DNA from: an uncultured delta proteobacterium
GTDB lineage: Bacteria > Desulfobacterota > Binatia > UBA9968
Direction of reading: 5' to 3'
DNA: 64,000 nucleotides
NCBI GenBank assembly: GCA_963760795.1
Contig: CAVXEP010000012.1
Span: 64,001-128,000, forward strand
How positions within the stretch are numbered: the stretch's first letter is position 1; every line of letters starts with the position of its first letter. Under the pieces are notes generated by a model that saw only the letters and a program-made list of their open reading frames with translations, was not told the DNA's origin and searched no databases. Both the position numbers and the translations under genes were made by a program. Positions 63,758 to 64,000 of the stretch are shown piece after piece.

Positions 63758-64000
63758 ATGCGGACAATTTTGAGTTATTGCCAAGGGCTTCCTGAACGGA
63801 CCTTCGGCCCCGGTGAAGTGCTCCTGGTCGAAAAGGAGAAGCGCGGCATTCTCTATATACTCATCGAGGGGGAGATCGAAGTGCTGAAGGGCGATTTTCA
63901 AATAACGACTGCATCCGAGCCTGGCGCGGTCTTTGGTGAGATGTCTATTCTCCTCGATATTCCTCATACCGCTACCGTCAGAACGCTTACGCCATCGCGG
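63758..64000 (+). CDS. Cyclic-nucleotide-binding domain protein (partial; runs off window)
   Basis: GGAGG RBS; MRTILSYC..LYILIEGEIEV..PGAVFGEMSILLDIPHTATV. Confidence 0.85.
   Translation, partial: MRTILSYCQGLPERTFGPGEVLLVEKEKRGILYILIEGEIEVLKGDFQITTASEPGAVFGEMSILLDIPHTATVRTLTPSR

Overview
Bacterial window of about 57% GC (estimated by eye), probably from a Deltaproteobacteria-like lineage; the many orphan TctC and NMT1 binding proteins suggest Ca. Binatia, but this is inference. 1-25.4 kb is core genome: partial rpoB, rplL-rplJ-rplA-rplK-nusG-secE-rpmG-tuf, rlmB, lptFG, rplM-rpsI, tig-clpP-clpX-lon, rph-rdgB, yhaM-yggT-yggS and 12 tRNAs. 25.4-39 kb is accessory: a secreted GSDH/PKD/LamG/FN3 protein, a split GrdB/PrdB-like ORF that reads as one selenoprotein (UGA in a UxxC motif plus a SECIS-like hairpin), a stand-alone propeptide-like gene before a subtilase, TctC proteins and an ArnT-like transferase. 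37.8-59.4 kb is a nitrogen island on the minus strand: glnK-amtB-glnA-GATase-ANTAR regulator, an uncharacterised cassette, nirA(+Rieske)-nrtABCD-nitrate reductase, and a porin. It carries four sigma54 promoters, each with paired upstream enhancer-like boxes. The most striking signal is a canonical ANTAR dual-hexaloop/terminator leader, plus a second weaker one. These control the cassette (64-aa ORF, STAS-like protein, MBL hydrolase, secreted protein) rather than the nitrate operon, and lie next to an ANTAR protein whose receiver lacks the phospho-Asp and is translationally coupled to a glutamine amidotransferase. 59.8-62.5 kb is a decayed, rearranged type III restriction-modification locus. 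Five single-base insertions (tctC, nitrate reductase twice, nrtA, glnA) look like sequencing or assembly errors.
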